Below, one piece after another: positions 37,204 to 51,672 of a stretch of DNA of 64,000 bases. The stretch comes from Octopus sinensis (Eukaryota). The position numbers were made by a program, and so were the translations under genes. Under the pieces are notes generated by a model. It ran no database searches and was not told the DNA's origin. It saw only the letters and a program-made list of their open reading frames with translations. Where the stretch lies: the NCBI RefSeq assembly GCF_006345805.1, contig NC_043016.1, positions 7,254,001-7,318,000 of the forward strand. The letters run 5' to 3'. The first letter of the stretch is position 1. Every line of letters begins with the position of its first letter.

Positions 37204-37303
37204 NNNNNNNNNNNNNNNNNNNNNNNNNNNNNNNNNNNNNNNNNNNNNNNNNNNNNNNNNNNNNNNNNNNNNNNNNNNNNNNNNNNNNNNNNNNNNNNNN
37301 NNN
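37204..37303. other. Assembly gap (100 N)
   Basis: Run of n. Confidence 1.
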
Positions 37304-37439
37304 ATTAACAAATTGACTCCAGTACTTATTTTCAAAAGTTCTGTATTTATTCTATGATCACTTTTGCTGAACCATTAAGTTACAGGGAAGTAAACAAACC
37401 AACTCTGGTTGCCAAGTGACAGTGGGTCAATTATAAAGA

Positions 37440-38365
37440 CACGCACGCTTACTGTCACTCACACACACGCTTACTGTCACTCACACACACGCTTACTGTC
37501 ACTCACACACACGCTTACTGTCACTCACACACACGCTTACTGTCACTCACACACACGCTCACTCATACACACACACGCTCACTCATACACACACACGCTC
37601 ACTCATACACACACACGCTCACTCATACACACACACGCTCACTCATACACACACACACACGCTCACTCATACACACACACACACGCTCACTCATACACAC
37701 ACACACACGCTCACTCATACACACACACGCTCACTCATACATACACACGCTCACTCATACATACACACGCTCACTCATACATACACACGCTCACTCATAC
37801 ATACACACGCTCACTCATACATACACACGCTCACTCATACATACACACGCTCACTCATACATACACACGCTCACTCATACATACACACGCTCACTCATAC
37901 ATACACACGCTCACTCATACATACACACGCTCACTCATACATACACACGCTCACTCATACATACACACGCTCTCTCATACATACACACGCTCTCTCATAC
38001 ATACACACGCTCTCTCATACATACACACGCTCTCTCATACATACACACGCTTTCTCATACATACACACGCTCTCTCATACACACGCTCTCTCATACACAC
38101 GCTCTCTCATACACACGCTCACTCATACACACGCTCACTCTCACTCTCACTCACAGTCACACTGATACACACTCACTTTCATACACACTCTCACTCATAC
38201 ACACACTCATTCACACACATGCTTACTCTCACTCATACACATACATACTCACACTTATACACATGCTCACTCACTCATATACACTCACACTCACACACAC
38301 TCACTCTCACTCACTGTCACACACACTCACTCTCATACACACTCTCTCTCTCATACACACACACA
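37440..38365. repeat. Minisatellite of 20-22-bp units (cacacgcttactgtcactcaca grading into cacacgctcactcatacata)
   Basis: Direct tandem array. It accounts for ORF 37409-38368. Confidence 0.95.
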
Positions 38366-39202
38366 TGACAGGCATCCATACATTTTCCATCCTCCAAATT
38401 CACTCGCATGGCATTGGACAACCTGGGACTTGCCCCAGGTGTTATGCAGTAGGATTGAACTCAAAACCACAAAAATGTCTTTGTCATAACTCTGGTGAAT
38501 TATTGATCTTTAGAATCCTTTCAGATTTTGATCTCTCATTCACAGTTATCCACCTGTCATATAGATTAACCTTCATTACGTAGCTTTCATGAGATAACAT
38601 TTCCAAATAGACTGCTTCACAAATTTAGTATTGTTGATTTTTTTTTCTGTTTTCTTTTTCTTTTCGATGTACGCTTTTCTATGCTTGTCTAGTTCAGTAA
38701 CATGCCATCATGTAAATATACTTTTCAATAGTCTCGTCCTCCTTGTTGTTCTCTAAGATTACCTTATATTCATTGATTCATTCAGCTATCACACAGCCAC
38801 TTCTCTATTCCCTAAAATTTGTCTTAGATTGTCTGACGGACAACTCTCAGATTTTTCAAGTCTTTTTTTTTTTTTTTTTTGCTCTCTCATTAAACCATGA
38901 TTAGCAGACCCTCTTCCTTGTTAGAGGTGCTTAGTCCACGCATTTCCTCAACCCAACATATTCATTGATTTACCTGTTAAAGCGTTATCACACAGCCACT
39001 TATATATTTGTTAGGGGTGGATTTTTCTGTAGCCAGATTTTCTTTCTGTAACCAAGATTTTCCTCTTTCCGAGAAAGGAAATATTTCCACATGACCTGGC
39101 ATGTTTTCACACATGATTGGAAATGGACACCACTTGCATGGTGCTGTCACTCATTTACTATTATCATGTGATATCAATGCAATAAAACAGTAACAAGCAC
39201 AT

Positions 39203-39243
<41 letters not shown>

Positions 39244-40007
39244 TAAACACATATATCATCGTAATCATCATCATTTACTGTCTGCTTTCAATGCTGGCAT
39301 GAGTTGGACAGTTTGACAGAACTAGTAAACCAGAGAATTATAGCAGGTGCCAGTCTGTTTAGGTTTGGTTTCTACAGCTGCATGCCCTTCCCAATGCCAA
39401 CCACTTTACAAAGTGTACTGGGTGCCTTTAACATGTCACTGGCAGGTGTCCCCTTTACGTGTCACCAGCACTGGCCTCGGTTACAATTTCACTAAGCTTG
39501 GCATCTCTTCTCAAGCACAGTAAGAGAATAATGATATCTGCAAAAATAGTAAATAGATGAAACGAGGTTGAAAGAAGATTATCTTATCCGTGCATAAGCG
39601 ATCCGTTATTCTTCGACAGGGGATGAAAGCGAGTGGGAGTCCGTGTGCGTGCACTAGTTTATAATAGGGCAATGGTGTTGGAGGAAGTCTAGGCGAAGCA
39701 AGTGGTAATCGAAAGAGGGAGACACAGTGAAACATAGGGAGAGAGACAGAGTGAGTTAGAGAGGGGATATATATTATATATATATATAGTGAGTTAGAGA
39801 GGGGATATATATTATATATATATATATGTATATATATATATGTGTATATATATATATGTATATATGTATATATATTATATATATATAATATATGTACATA
39901 TACTTAATATTTATTTTTGAGTATGCATGTATGAATAACTGCGCGTATATATATTTACTATTTACTTATTTTTTGAGTATGCATGTTAGTATGAATATAT
40001 ATGTATA

Positions 40008-40060
<53 letters not shown>

Positions 40061-40179
40061 GTGTACATGTATGTATTTGTATGTAGGTGTACATGTATGT
40101 ATGTGTGTGTATTTATATTTATGGGTGTATATGTATAGACTAGCCTTCTAAGAGTGTAGACATGAATCTGTAGGTACGC

Positions 40180-40218
<39 letters not shown>

Positions 40219-41074
40219 TGTATGTATTTGTATGTAGGTGTACATGTATGTGTGTGTATTTATATTTATTGGTGTATATGTATAGACTAGCCTTCTAAGA
40301 GTGTAGACATGAATCTGTAGGTACGCGTACGTATGTGTATATACGTGAATGTATGTAGATGTATGTATGTATGAATATAACGCGTGCGTGCGCGTATGCG
40401 TATGAGTGTACGAATGAGTGAGTGTACGTGCTAATGAGTGTGCGTGAGTGAATGAGTAATTGTCTTCCAGTAGACGGATAAATGGTCTGGCTGTCATAGC
40501 CAAGATGTTTGTGACCAAGCGGCCAAAGATAACAAAAGTAATAAACGAAGATAATAAAATTAAAATTAGGGAATGGGTCTGTATTTGTATATGTATATAT
40601 ATATATGTGTGTATGTGTAGGTATGCATGGGTACACATATGTATATATATGTGTATATATATATATATATGTGTATGTATGTATATGTGTATATGTATGT
40701 GTATGTATGTATATATATGTGTATGTATGTGTATGTGTGGGTGTATATATATGTGTGTGTGTGTGTGTATATATGTGTATATAGGGACTAGTGTGCTGTG
40801 TGTGCATGTGTGTGTATGGATTTGTGTGTGTATGCGTGTATGTGAGTATATGTGTGTGTATGTGTATATATATATTTTCCTGTGTGTATATGTATGTGTG
40901 GTCGTGTGTGTATATATACATGTGTGTATACGTGTATGCAAGTGAGTGTGTGTATGTATACATATATATGTGTATGTGTAGATATGTATATGTATGTGTG
41001 AGTGTATATATGTGTGTATGTGTAGAGGTATAAGTGAGAATCTCCTTATTTACCTAAAACTCTATTCCCCCCTT

Positions 41075-41114
<40 letters not shown>

Positions 41115-41181
41115 TATATATTTTTTTTTTTTTTTAATTTTAATTTTTATTTTTATTTTTTTCTATTTTTTTATTTTCTAT

Positions 41182-41213
<32 letters not shown>

Positions 41214-41435
41214 ATTTTTTATTTATTCTCCTATCTAATTTAACACTGACTCCTTGACCACTCCCCCAAGTATGATTTTTTGCGCTATGCCTACCCCCCA
41301 AAAAGTCCCCCACCAACACCCCTTTAACCTGCCTAAATGTATAAATGCCAATACAATTCTTGTTAACTAGCTTCTGAAGATTTCTCTTGAATGAAAACAG
41401 TTCTAGTCCTGTAGAAGCTCCTTCTATATAATAAA

Positions 41436-41475
<40 letters not shown>

Positions 41476-41556
41476 TCCCCTCTCTAACTCACTCTGTCTC
41501 TCTCCCTATGTTTCACTGTGTCTCCCTCTTTCGATTACCACTTGCTTCGCCTAGAC

Positions 41557-41765
41557 ACGTTAGCGCGTCGGGCGAAATGCTTAGCGGTATTTTGTCTGTC
41601 GTTACGTTCTGAGTTCAATTCCGCCGAGGTCGACTTTGCCTTTCATCCTTTCGGGGTCGATAAATAAAAGTACCAGTTTCGCACTGGGGTCGATGTAATC
41701 GACTTAATCCCTTTGTCTGTCCTTGTTTGTCCTCTCTATGTTAGCCCCTTGTGGGCAATAAAGAA

Positions 41766-41770
<5 letters not shown>
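41557..41770 (+). mobile_element. SINE family 'A'
   Basis: Family homology. Confidence 0.85.
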
Positions 41771-41841
<71 letters not shown>

Positions 41842-42024
41842 ACTCTCTCCTTCACATACACATCTACATATCTCAGTCTGTCTGACTGTCACTCTCCCCC
41901 CTCCCTCCATTTTCTCTTTCCTTTTTCCTTTCCTTGCTGAACTATTAATTTATGGGGGATACAAGCAAATCGGTACTGGTTGTTTAGGAGTGAGAGTAAA
42001 AACAAATGCAGATGTGTACACAAG

Positions 42025-42430
42025 CGCACACACACACACACACACACACACGCAGACACACACACACGCAGACACACACACACTCAGACACACACACACT
42101 CAGACACACACACACGCAGACACACGCAGACACACGCACACGCAGACACACGCACACGCAGACACACGCACACGCAGACACACGCACACGCAGACACACG
42201 CACACGCAGACACACGCACACGCAGACACACGCACACGCAGACACACGCACACGCAGACACACGCACACGCAGACGCACGCACACGCAGACGCACGCACA
42301 CGCAGACGCACGCACACGCAGACGCACGCACACGCAGACACACGCACACGCAGACACACGCACACGCAGACACACGCACACGCAGACACACGCAGACACA
42401 CGCACACGCACACGCACACACACACACACA
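42025..42430. repeat. 16-bp minisatellite (cacgcacacgcagaca)n
   Basis: Direct tandem array. Confidence 0.95.
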
Positions 42431-43002
42431 AGCACAAGCACATGTATATGCATGGTGGACTTTCATAGGTTTCAGTGTACCAGATCCACTCAAAAGGAAT
42501 CGGTCAGCTTGGAATTAATGGCAGAGAAGTGCAGCTCAGCAACACTGAACTTAAAACCATGTATTTTCTGAGCGAATTTTTTAACCATACTGCTGTCTCT
42601 GACCATATAAATGTGTGTGTGTGTGTGTGTGTGCTTGTGCTATTGTTTCACATTCATATTTTCATGATTGTTTGGGTTTTGAGATATTTGTGGTTGTTAG
42701 AAATATGGTAATTATAGAAATGTTGATATGTTTATACAGTTGGAACTAGTATTTTCACAGCTAGTTGCCTTTCTTACCAATTACCAATGAACCGTGATGA
42801 ATTGGATTGAATCCTTTTCATCAGACAACCACATTGACGCAAACAATATGCATAATATTCTACACAAGTGTTGGTGGTAGTGATGGTGGGGAATGGTAGT
42901 GGTGGTGGTGATGGTTATGATCATAACGATGATGAACAATTAGGATTTAGTTTAAGCTTGAATAGAGAAATGAAAATGTTTTGACATTAATTTATACAAT
43001 GG

Positions 43003-43362
43003 GTGCAGTAATGTCTGTGTGGTAAGAAATCTTCCCCTTAACCACATGATTCCAGGTTCAATCCCATTGTGTTGCACCTTGGGCATGTCTTCTGCTACAG
43101 TTTTGGGCCAACCAAAGCTTTGTGAATGGATTTGGTAGGTGGAAACTGAATGAAGCCTGTTATATATATGTGTATTTGCATTTGTGTTAATCCACCAGTG
43201 CTTGACAACACGCTTGTGACTTAGCTGTTCAGCACAAGCAACTGATAGAATAAGTACCAGCCTAAATAAAAAAGAATGTATTGGAGTTGAAAGTTCTGTC
43301 GAACCCTCTCAAGGTGGTGCTGAAGCATGGCCACAATCCAATGACTGAAACAAGTAAAAGAT
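43003..43362 (+). mobile_element. SINE family 'B', old diverged copy
   Basis: Family homology. Confidence 0.75.
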
Positions 43363-43541
43363 AAAATGGTGTTAATGTTGGAATTATATAAATAGCTGAA
43401 GTTCCAATGTGGAATTCTCAATTGTCAGGTAGGAAGACATCATGAGTATCTTGTTCAAGATGATAACTCAAACTTCATCAGTTACCCCTCCCCTCAAAAT
43501 TTCAGGCCTTGGGCCTATAGTAGAAAGGATTATTGATATAA

Positions 43542-43940
43542 AGGCGCAGGAGTGGCTGTGTGGTAAGTAGCTTGCTTAGCAACCTCATGGTTCCGGGTTC
43601 AGTCCCACTGCGTGGCATCTTGGGCAAGTGTCTTCTGCTATAGCCCCGGGCCGACCAATGCCTTGTGAGTGGATTTGGTAGACGGAAACTGAAAGAAGCC
43701 CGTCGTATATATGTATGTATATATATATGCATGTGTGTGTTTGTGTGTCTGTGTTTGTCCCCCTAGCATAGCTTGACAACCGATGCTGGTGTGTTTACGT
43801 CCCCGTCACTTAGCAGTTCGGCAAAAAAGACCGATAGAATAAGTACTGGGTTTACAAAGAATAAGTCCCGGGGTCGATTTGCTCGACTAAAGGCGGTGCT
43901 CCAGCATGGCCACAGTCAAATGACTGAAACAAGTAAAAGA
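43542..43940 (+). mobile_element. SINE family 'B', full-length young copy
   Basis: ggcgcaggagtggctgtgtggtaag ... tgactgaaacaagtaaaaga. Confidence 0.9.
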
Positions 43941-44087
43941 GTAATTAATGATTAAGACTTCTGTGAACCAGAAATCATAAAAGTTATTTATTTAGTTTAC
44001 TGACATCAACAAACTACTAATACCTACATGTCTATAAGACAAGAAATTTTCCAAAAATATTGATGATTACAGACTAAATCTGTTACA

Positions 44088-44620
44088 GCATCATCGTCAT
44101 TGTTTAGTGTCCTCCTTTCATGCTGGCATGGTTTGACAGGAACTGGCAGAAACGTTAGCACGCCGGGCGAAATGCGTAGCCGTATTTCGTCTGCCGTTAT
44201 GTTCTGAGTTCAAATTCCGCCGAGGTCGACTTTGCCTTTCATCCTTTCGGGATCGATAAATTAAGTACCAGTTACGCACTGGGGTCGATATAATCGACTT
44301 AATCCATTTGTCTGTCCTTGTTGTCCTCTCTGTGTTTAGCCCCTTGTTGGTAGTAAAGAAATAGGTTTGACAGGAGCTGCCAAGCAGAAGACTGCACCAC
44401 ACTTCTGTGTCTGTTTTGGTATGGTTTTTACAGCTGGGTGCCCTTCCTAACACCAACCACCCAGCAGAGTGGGCTGAGTGCTTTTTACGTGGCATCAGCA
44501 CAGGTGAGGTCAGTTTTGGCATGGTTTTCACAGCTGAATGCCCTTCCAAAAATGCCAACCACTTCACAGTGTGGACTGGACACTTTTTATACGGCACCAG
44601 AACTGGCAGGATCATCAAGT
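44088..44620 (-). mobile_element. Repeat family 'C' ((GAT)n-tailed, RTE-associated SINE/LINE 3' end) interrupted by a family A SINE (44141-44364)
   Basis: ggtttgacagga is duplicated on both sides of the family A insertion (TSD). Confidence 0.75.
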
Positions 44621-45334
44621 AACTCGCAAGTCAAAGAATTTTGAGAGGGGCAGGGGCACTTGAAGAGGGGAACTCGTGTCAGATAAGGAAAAGTTGGAGT
44701 CTGACAGAGACGAAAACAGAAGTCTTTGCTGGAGAGGAGGTACCGTAGTTACCTGGCCAGAGAAAAAAAGAGAGAGAGAGAGAGCATTCTCTGGAAATAT
44801 TTAACCTTAACCATGTGTGTACACATATTTTTTATTTCATGTTCTTCATTCTTTTATTTTTTTGTAACCGTTTTGTTACCATATTTCCGTTGAAACATAC
44901 TGCCTTTGTTTCAATTTATCATCATCATCATTTAACATCCATATTTCATGATGGCATGGGTTGGATGGTTATACAGGTTCCAATGGATCCAAAGACTGCA
45001 CTGTTCTCCAGTGTCTGTCTGCTTTGGCAAGGTTTTTATGCAGAGAAGTGTGTGGGGGGTGGGGGGGGGGGCAAAGCAGGTTCTTGTAGAAAAGCTGCAT
45101 AGTTACTCACATTTAGTAAGGTGAGGGTGCAATGATCAGTAGGCACTGCAAAGAGATGGATAGTGGAGATGAGGTGCTCAAGAAGAAGCTCCCTTAAGTA
45201 CAAGGTGAGGAGAAGTGGGTGGGTGGGTTGCAAAATAGTATAATAAGCAGGAGATAAGGAAATGGGGAAGCAACATGCAATCGTGAAAAAAAGAAGATAA
45301 AACGAAAAAGAATATACGCTTTTACGCTTTTAAT

Positions 45335-45711
45335 TGTTTCAGTCATTTGACTGCGGCCATGCTGGAGCACCACCTTTTAGTCGAGCAAATCGACCCCGGG
45401 ACTTATTCTTTGTAAGCCCAGTGCTTATTGTATCGGTCTCTTTTGCCGAACCGCTAAGTGACGGGGACGTAAACACACCAGCATCGGTTGTCAAGCAATG
45501 CTGGGGGACAAACACATACACACATATACATATATATATACATATATACGACGGGCTTCTTTCAGTTTCCGTCTACCAAATCCACTCACAAGGCATTGGT
45601 CGGCCCGGGGCTATAGCAGAAGACACTTGCCCAAGATGCCACGCAGTGGGACTGAACCCGGAACCATGTGGTTGGTAAACAAGCTACTTACCACACAGCC
45701 ACTCCTGCGCC
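45335..45711 (-). mobile_element. SINE family 'B', full-length young copy
   Basis: Reverse complement of 43542-43940, including the same diagnostic variants. Confidence 0.9.
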
Positions 45712-46490
45712 TATATATGAAAATAATGAAGAATTTTGTCATGATTAAATCAGTGTTTAGGGCAGCGAGCTGATGGAACTGTTAACATACTGGGCAAAAT
45801 ACTAAGTAGCATTTTGTTCATTTTCACATTCTGAGTTCAAATTCCACTGAGGTCGGCTTTGCTTTTCATCCTTGAAGGGTTCATAAAATATGAAATAAAT
45901 CTTAACCCTCTCCCTCGAACTTGTTGGTGGCTTGTTCTAAAAATTTTAAGACAGTGTTTAGAATTTTGATGGAAAGTGTGGAGGAATTTTGATGGAAAGT
46001 TTAAATATATTGATTTTAAAGCAAGGATGTTTGCATCGTTAAATGAGGGGCAGCCTGAAAAGAGTTAAGGGAAGGATAGTGCATGCAACACATCTTAGAG
46101 TCTTTGTTGTTGGTTAGAGGAAGGGTGACAGTTATCCTTAGTTTAGAAACTGTCTGAATTCTTGCAACAGAATAGCTTGCTAAACTTTAAGTAGTGATGA
46201 TAAAAGGTTAGAAAAATGCTTTATATAACTTTAAAATCACAGATGTAGTGATGGTGTTAGTTGTAAGATGAATCATTTCTAGTATAGATACAAGGTCTGA
46301 AACTTACTGGAGTAGTTTGGGAATGCTATTGTCTTGACTGGTTCTTTATTAACTCTGAAAGGTTGAAAGCCAAAGTTAACCTCAGCAAGATTTGAACTCA
46401 GAACATAAAGAATCATAACTAAATATATTGCAGGGCATTTTATCTAACACTTTAACAATTCTGCCAGCCATTACTTCATGTAATCCCTTC

Positions 46491-46780
46491 TCATCATCAT
46501 CATTGTTCGACCGTGGTCGAGACAATGGAATTTACTATGTTACTCCAGACTTCACGGTCCATCATAGCATTACGAAGGTCCTATCACTGGATGCCTGTAT
46601 CCCTGGAGATTACATCAGGGTAGGAGAGTGTGCTCCCTCTGGTATCACGAGCAGATGGCTTCCAGAGGAGAAGAGTAGAAATTACCTTGTTTTCAGCTCT
46701 ACAACAATGTCCAGCAAACTGGACTCTCCTACCTTTCACAAGAGATGACACAGGTGGTAATTTCCCATATATTTGTACTT
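46491..46780 (-). mobile_element. RTE-clade LINE 3' end
   Basis: Reverse-complement match to 36405-36691. Confidence 0.88.
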
Positions 46781-46961
46781 ATTAGTCTTGAGAGAGAGCA
46801 TCTCTTATTGATGCATAAATTTAAAAAACACAGAAATATATGCCTACAAGAGATGCTTTCTCAAGACAAATACTGCAGTTCAGTATACTTTTAACAGTAT
46901 ATATGCCTTGAGTATGATATACGAATTACTATTTTGCAAATCCATTGCTAATAACTACAAT

Positions 46962-47010
<49 letters not shown>

Positions 47011-47269
47011 TGTTTATAAGAATGCATGGATGTGTGTGCATGTGTTTGTTTGACCCTACTGGTGTTGATTTATGCCCCTGTAAGGGACATAAATGAATAG
47101 GAACCAAACTTTATCAAATAAGTATTGGGGTTCATACTTTGAGGTGGTTTCCCCCCAGCATGGTTTCACTCCAATGACTAAATAAAACAAGTAAGAGTAC
47201 AGACAAAGCACTACTAGGCACTGTTCACATGTATTATGTAAAGCTGTGGTTTCTCACCGTTGCCTGATC

Positions 47270-47545
47270 GTTACCAACATCGCCTTACTGGCACCTGTGC
47301 CGGTGGCGTGTGTAAAAAGATTCGAGCAAGGTCATTGCCAGTACCGCCTGACTGACCCCGTGCTGGTGGCACGTAAAAAGCACCCACTACACTCTTGGAG
47401 TGGTTGGCGTTAGGAAGGGCATCCAGCTGTAGAAACTCTGCTAGATCAAGATTGGAGCCTGGTGTGGCTGTTTGGTTTGCCAGCCCTCAGTCAAAACCAT
47501 CCGACCCATGCTAGCATGGAAAGCGGACGTAAAATGATGATGATG
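47270..47545 (+). mobile_element. Repeat family 'C'
   Basis: ggtggcacgtaaaaagcacccactacac...catgctagcatggaaagcggacgt, ending in (gat)n. Confidence 0.8.
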
Positions 47546-48999
47546 GACCCCTTTGATTCCTCTTTTATTCTACTCAACCCCCAGAGCCATTCAGTGTTCC
47601 AAAAATCCTATTATATTTTTATAATTAAATATTATAAGGAATTGTATAAAAAAAAAAGAATTAAGAAATTTTGTGTATTGTAGGAATATAATCGATTTCT
47701 TGCAAATAAATTTTAACAAAATCTTGGATGGACCTCCAAAGGTCATGTGGATGCCAGTTGAGACCCTATTGCCCAAGAGTATTGTCAATATGATAGAAAA
47801 TATAAAACCAGCATGGAACACTGTGGAGCAAATGCATTGTTAGAGAAATGTAAAAGAAATACAAGTTAGACATGTATATAGTAATTTTGTGTGTGTTGGC
47901 ATCCTTTTATCTCAGGAGACAATGGAGTTGCACATAAAATAATCCAGTCTGGTTTTTACATTTCATGTCCTCTCCAGTTTCCTCTCCAGTTTTGCGCAGG
48001 CCTGAGCTAGATGTAAGAAAATCCTGGGTAGCCCAATCACCAGGATTCATTTCTTGACCTTGCTGATGTAGTCCAAAGGAGTGCAGAGCATTACGTTTGG
48101 CACCAGCTTGGTTGCAGGAACTGCCGGAAGAATGTCAAATCAAACACTAAACTGCCTATGGCACTCCACTCTAGATTTCTTTGAAAGTTGTCTCCTTTCC
48201 ATAACCCTGGAGAAGGGCCCTTATTGGGTACTGTCAGCTGGAGCTAGCTGAGCCCAGGACTTGTGTCAGGCAGGGTCGTCACTCCCTGAAGTAGTGAAGA
48301 AAATCGCTACCCACTACCTGTATATAGTAATCTATTAAACTAAAATACATTTTTTTCTATTGCCTGATGATGTGCTTGCTTCATGCTGGCCCTATAGTCC
48401 ACATCTACTTGTTGCATCTATAGTATGATGTCATGTGTTGCCAAATACTGAAACATAGAATACTGAAAATAGTAAATACCTGCAGGTTTCTGCTTGGTAA
48501 TGCAGTGAAAGTCTACTGTAAAGAAAAATAAAACTATTAAATATTGATAACAGTGATAAGGATGTTGATTATCAGTATGATAAAGATGGAGTTGATAATT
48601 ATAATTAAAGTGACAATAAGGAAGTAGTTGATAATAGTTATGACCATGGGGATGAAGCTGATAATTATAACAGCAACAATAATTATTGATATTTACAATA
48701 ATTACAATGAAGAAGTTAAGGATAATAAAAATTATGATGATGATAATTATGTTTTCTTGATTAACGACTAAGAGTTGACAAAAACATTGGAGTAACAGTA
48801 CATGATGATATAATGTGGGGGTTACATAAAAAAATTTTTTTAAATTAAATAGCAGAATCAAAAAACAAAAAATTCAAATAAGGAATGGTTTTCCTAAAAG
48901 TGAGGACTTTTGAAGGTTACTCATGAAAACTCCATAAAACCACAATCACTTTTACCCTCACCCTCTCGTCTTCCTCCAACTTATAAGCACATATTCACT

Positions 49000-49400
49000 C
49001 GGACAATGCTCACTACCCTCATTCACTTTCCAAAAACAATTTGCCGAGAGAAAGCATTTCCTTTACTACCCTCACTTTCCTTTTCAAGTGATGAGTGCTT
49101 GGCCAAAGAGGAAGGTATCTGTTTTTAGCCTTTCAGTCTTGTCACTACACAACCTCTTTTGCCAAAGCTACTAGACAGGCAAAGACTGCCTTTCCTTCTC
49201 AGCCAAAAGCAAGCAGTAGAACAATTTTTTACAGTAAACTTAGCTTTTAGTTGGATCTGTCCCACACAAAGCAGAAATACTCAGGCACTGGACAAATGTT
49301 TGCAGAACAGTTTCATTACTTTGTGTGTGCATTTGGATCATTCTACATCTTGTTTCCTGATGACACTGCCAGGTCAGGGATTTCTGGAAATTATTCATAC
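49000..49400 (-). pseudogene. Tx1/L1-like LINE ORF2 C-terminal relic
   Basis: SLTWQCH...SNETVLQTFVQC (zinc-knuckle ETxxHxFxxC-like) and VFACLVALAKEVV*..TRLK. Confidence 0.6.
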
Positions 49401-49744
49401 ACTCCAGACTTGGAGCAGACCCCCCTCCCCACACACACACACACCCATACACCCCCTCCCACCTCCCACGCCCACACACAAATCTGGGCAAGGTTGTTTA
49501 TGGAAGACCTGCAATTGCCCATGCATACCAGCCTCCCCTCTCTATGCCACCACTGTTATCCAAGGGAAAAGCAAAGGCCAATACAGCTTGGCATCAGTGA
49601 TGTCACAACTTGTTTCTATGGCTGAGTGAACTGGAGGAATGTTAGATAAAGTGTCTTGCTCAAGAACACAACACAGCCTGGTCAAGGAATTGAACTCATT
49701 ACCTTATGATTGTGAGTTCAACGCTCTAACTACTGAGCCATGTC

Positions 49745-49800
<56 letters not shown>

Positions 49801-49811
49801 CTTTTACTTTC

Positions 49812-50204
49812 TTACTTGTTTCAGTTACTTGACTGCAGCCATGCTGGAGCATTACCTTTAGTCAAACTAATCAACCCCAGGACTTATTCTTTGTAAGCCT
49901 AGCATTTATTCTCTTGGTCTCTTTTTCTGAAATGCTAAGTTACAGGGATATAAACACACCAACATCGGTTGTCAAGTGATGGTGGGGGGACAAACAAACA
50001 AATACATACATACATACATATATATATATATATATCATTTACAATGGGTTTCTTTCAGTTTCCGCCTACCAAATCCACTCACAAGGCTTTTGGTTGGCCC
50101 AAGGCTATAAGTAGAATACACTTGCCCAAGGTGCCATGCAGTGGGACTGAACCCAGAGCCATGTAGTTGGGAAGCAAGCTTCTTACCACATAGCCACTCC
50201 TGTA

Positions 50205-50206
<2 letters not shown>
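49812..50206 (-). mobile_element. SINE family 'B'
   Basis: Family homology. Confidence 0.85.
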
Positions 50207-50270
<64 letters not shown>

Positions 50271-50271
<1 letters not shown>

Positions 50272-50805
50272 TAGCAGCATAGCCCGGCGCTGCCCGGGTA
50301 TGTAAGAGCCCCTAGTAGGCAACGACTAATCCCAATCTAGTCCTTTCCCTCTAGGGAACGAAGGTGCATGTGTAGGTTGCAATGTCTTCTGTGTATACGA
50401 TATTCCTAGCTGTCCCTTTGGGTGAAAACGCGATTTCCCAAAATGGCATGATTTTATTGATTTTTTTCTGATGGTAAGGTATTGCATGGAAAACTAACGT
50501 CAGAATTAAGTTTCTTAGGGTAACATTAAGCTTCACCATGATTTTGGTGAAAATCGATTGCAAGTTGCGAAAACTACAACAGAAAATGTGTTGCATATAA
50601 AAAGCTGAGATTCTCGACCCCATGTCGAATTTATCGATTATTTTCAAAATTGGGGGAACTTTTCAAAATTTTCGCTGCGTTAGTTTTGAATTATGACATT
50701 GGGCTATGTGTGTGTCAAGTTTTATCAGAATTGGTTGAAAGCCGTGGTCAGGGTGAGGGTACAACCTGACAGACACACAGACAGACAAACTGCCATTTAT
50801 ATAGA
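50271..50805 (-). mobile_element. Non-autonomous Helitron-like element
   Basis: The - strand starts TCtatataaa and ends in a cccgggcagcgccggg hairpin plus CTAG|T. Confidence 0.75.
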
Positions 50806-51020
50806 GAGAGATATACATACACACACACACGTACATGTGTGTGTATAACCAAAGCTCCACTTGAAAATTATTGGCCAACTTACACTACACGGCTTAGACC
50901 TTCCTTTCACCACCTATAACAACTGCCACCTCTTTTCCTGGTTACCTATCTTGTCTTTCTCTCTCTCTCCCCTCTCTTTCTCTCTCCCCTCTCTTTCTCT
51001 CTCTCCTCTCTTTCTCACTC

Positions 51021-51053
<33 letters not shown>

Positions 51054-51672
51054 AACCTTTCTCCCTCTCAAAACTCACACCTCACTCACTCTCTACATCT
51101 CTTATTTACAGCAATCACTTCATCTATTTCCTGTCTCCATCTTTTAATCTATTCATTTCTTATTCACTTCTCCTGGTCATTACATTACATTACATTACAC
51201 CACCATTCTGTCAGATCGTTTTTCTCTGATACTTTTTCACTCTTTGCAACAAAACTTAACTGATTATCCAAAGTGTCGTTCTTTTTACAAGAAGGCAGGT
51301 TGTAATTTGAGGGAGATTTGGCTGTCATTTCTACTATTTTTGGTAGGAAGAGTAACCACACAAAGGCTTCCCCATTGGTGGCATTTTGTTGTTTGTATGA
51401 AAAATGAATAAATAAATATCAAGATTTTAATAATAATTATTTTTAAACACTTTCTAATTTTAATGTAATAAGACAAAACCAGAGCACATGAGTTTTTGTA
51501 ATGATTTCTTACATAGACAGAAGGCTTCTGATTTATAAAGAACACTTAAAATTATGTTTCTTCATGTTTTCTCTGAGAGTACACAATACACCCTTTAGCA
51601 TTTTAATATTGATATCAGCGCATTGTATCAAAAGTGTAGAGAAGCCGATGGCAGAGTAATTTAAATCCAGTG

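Noticed and set aside
41365-41410. Second canonical hammerhead (actag-ctt-ctgaaga...gaaaacagtt-ctagt)
   Set aside because: Stems II and III are mismatched and there is an insertion before the core. At best it is a decayed motif.
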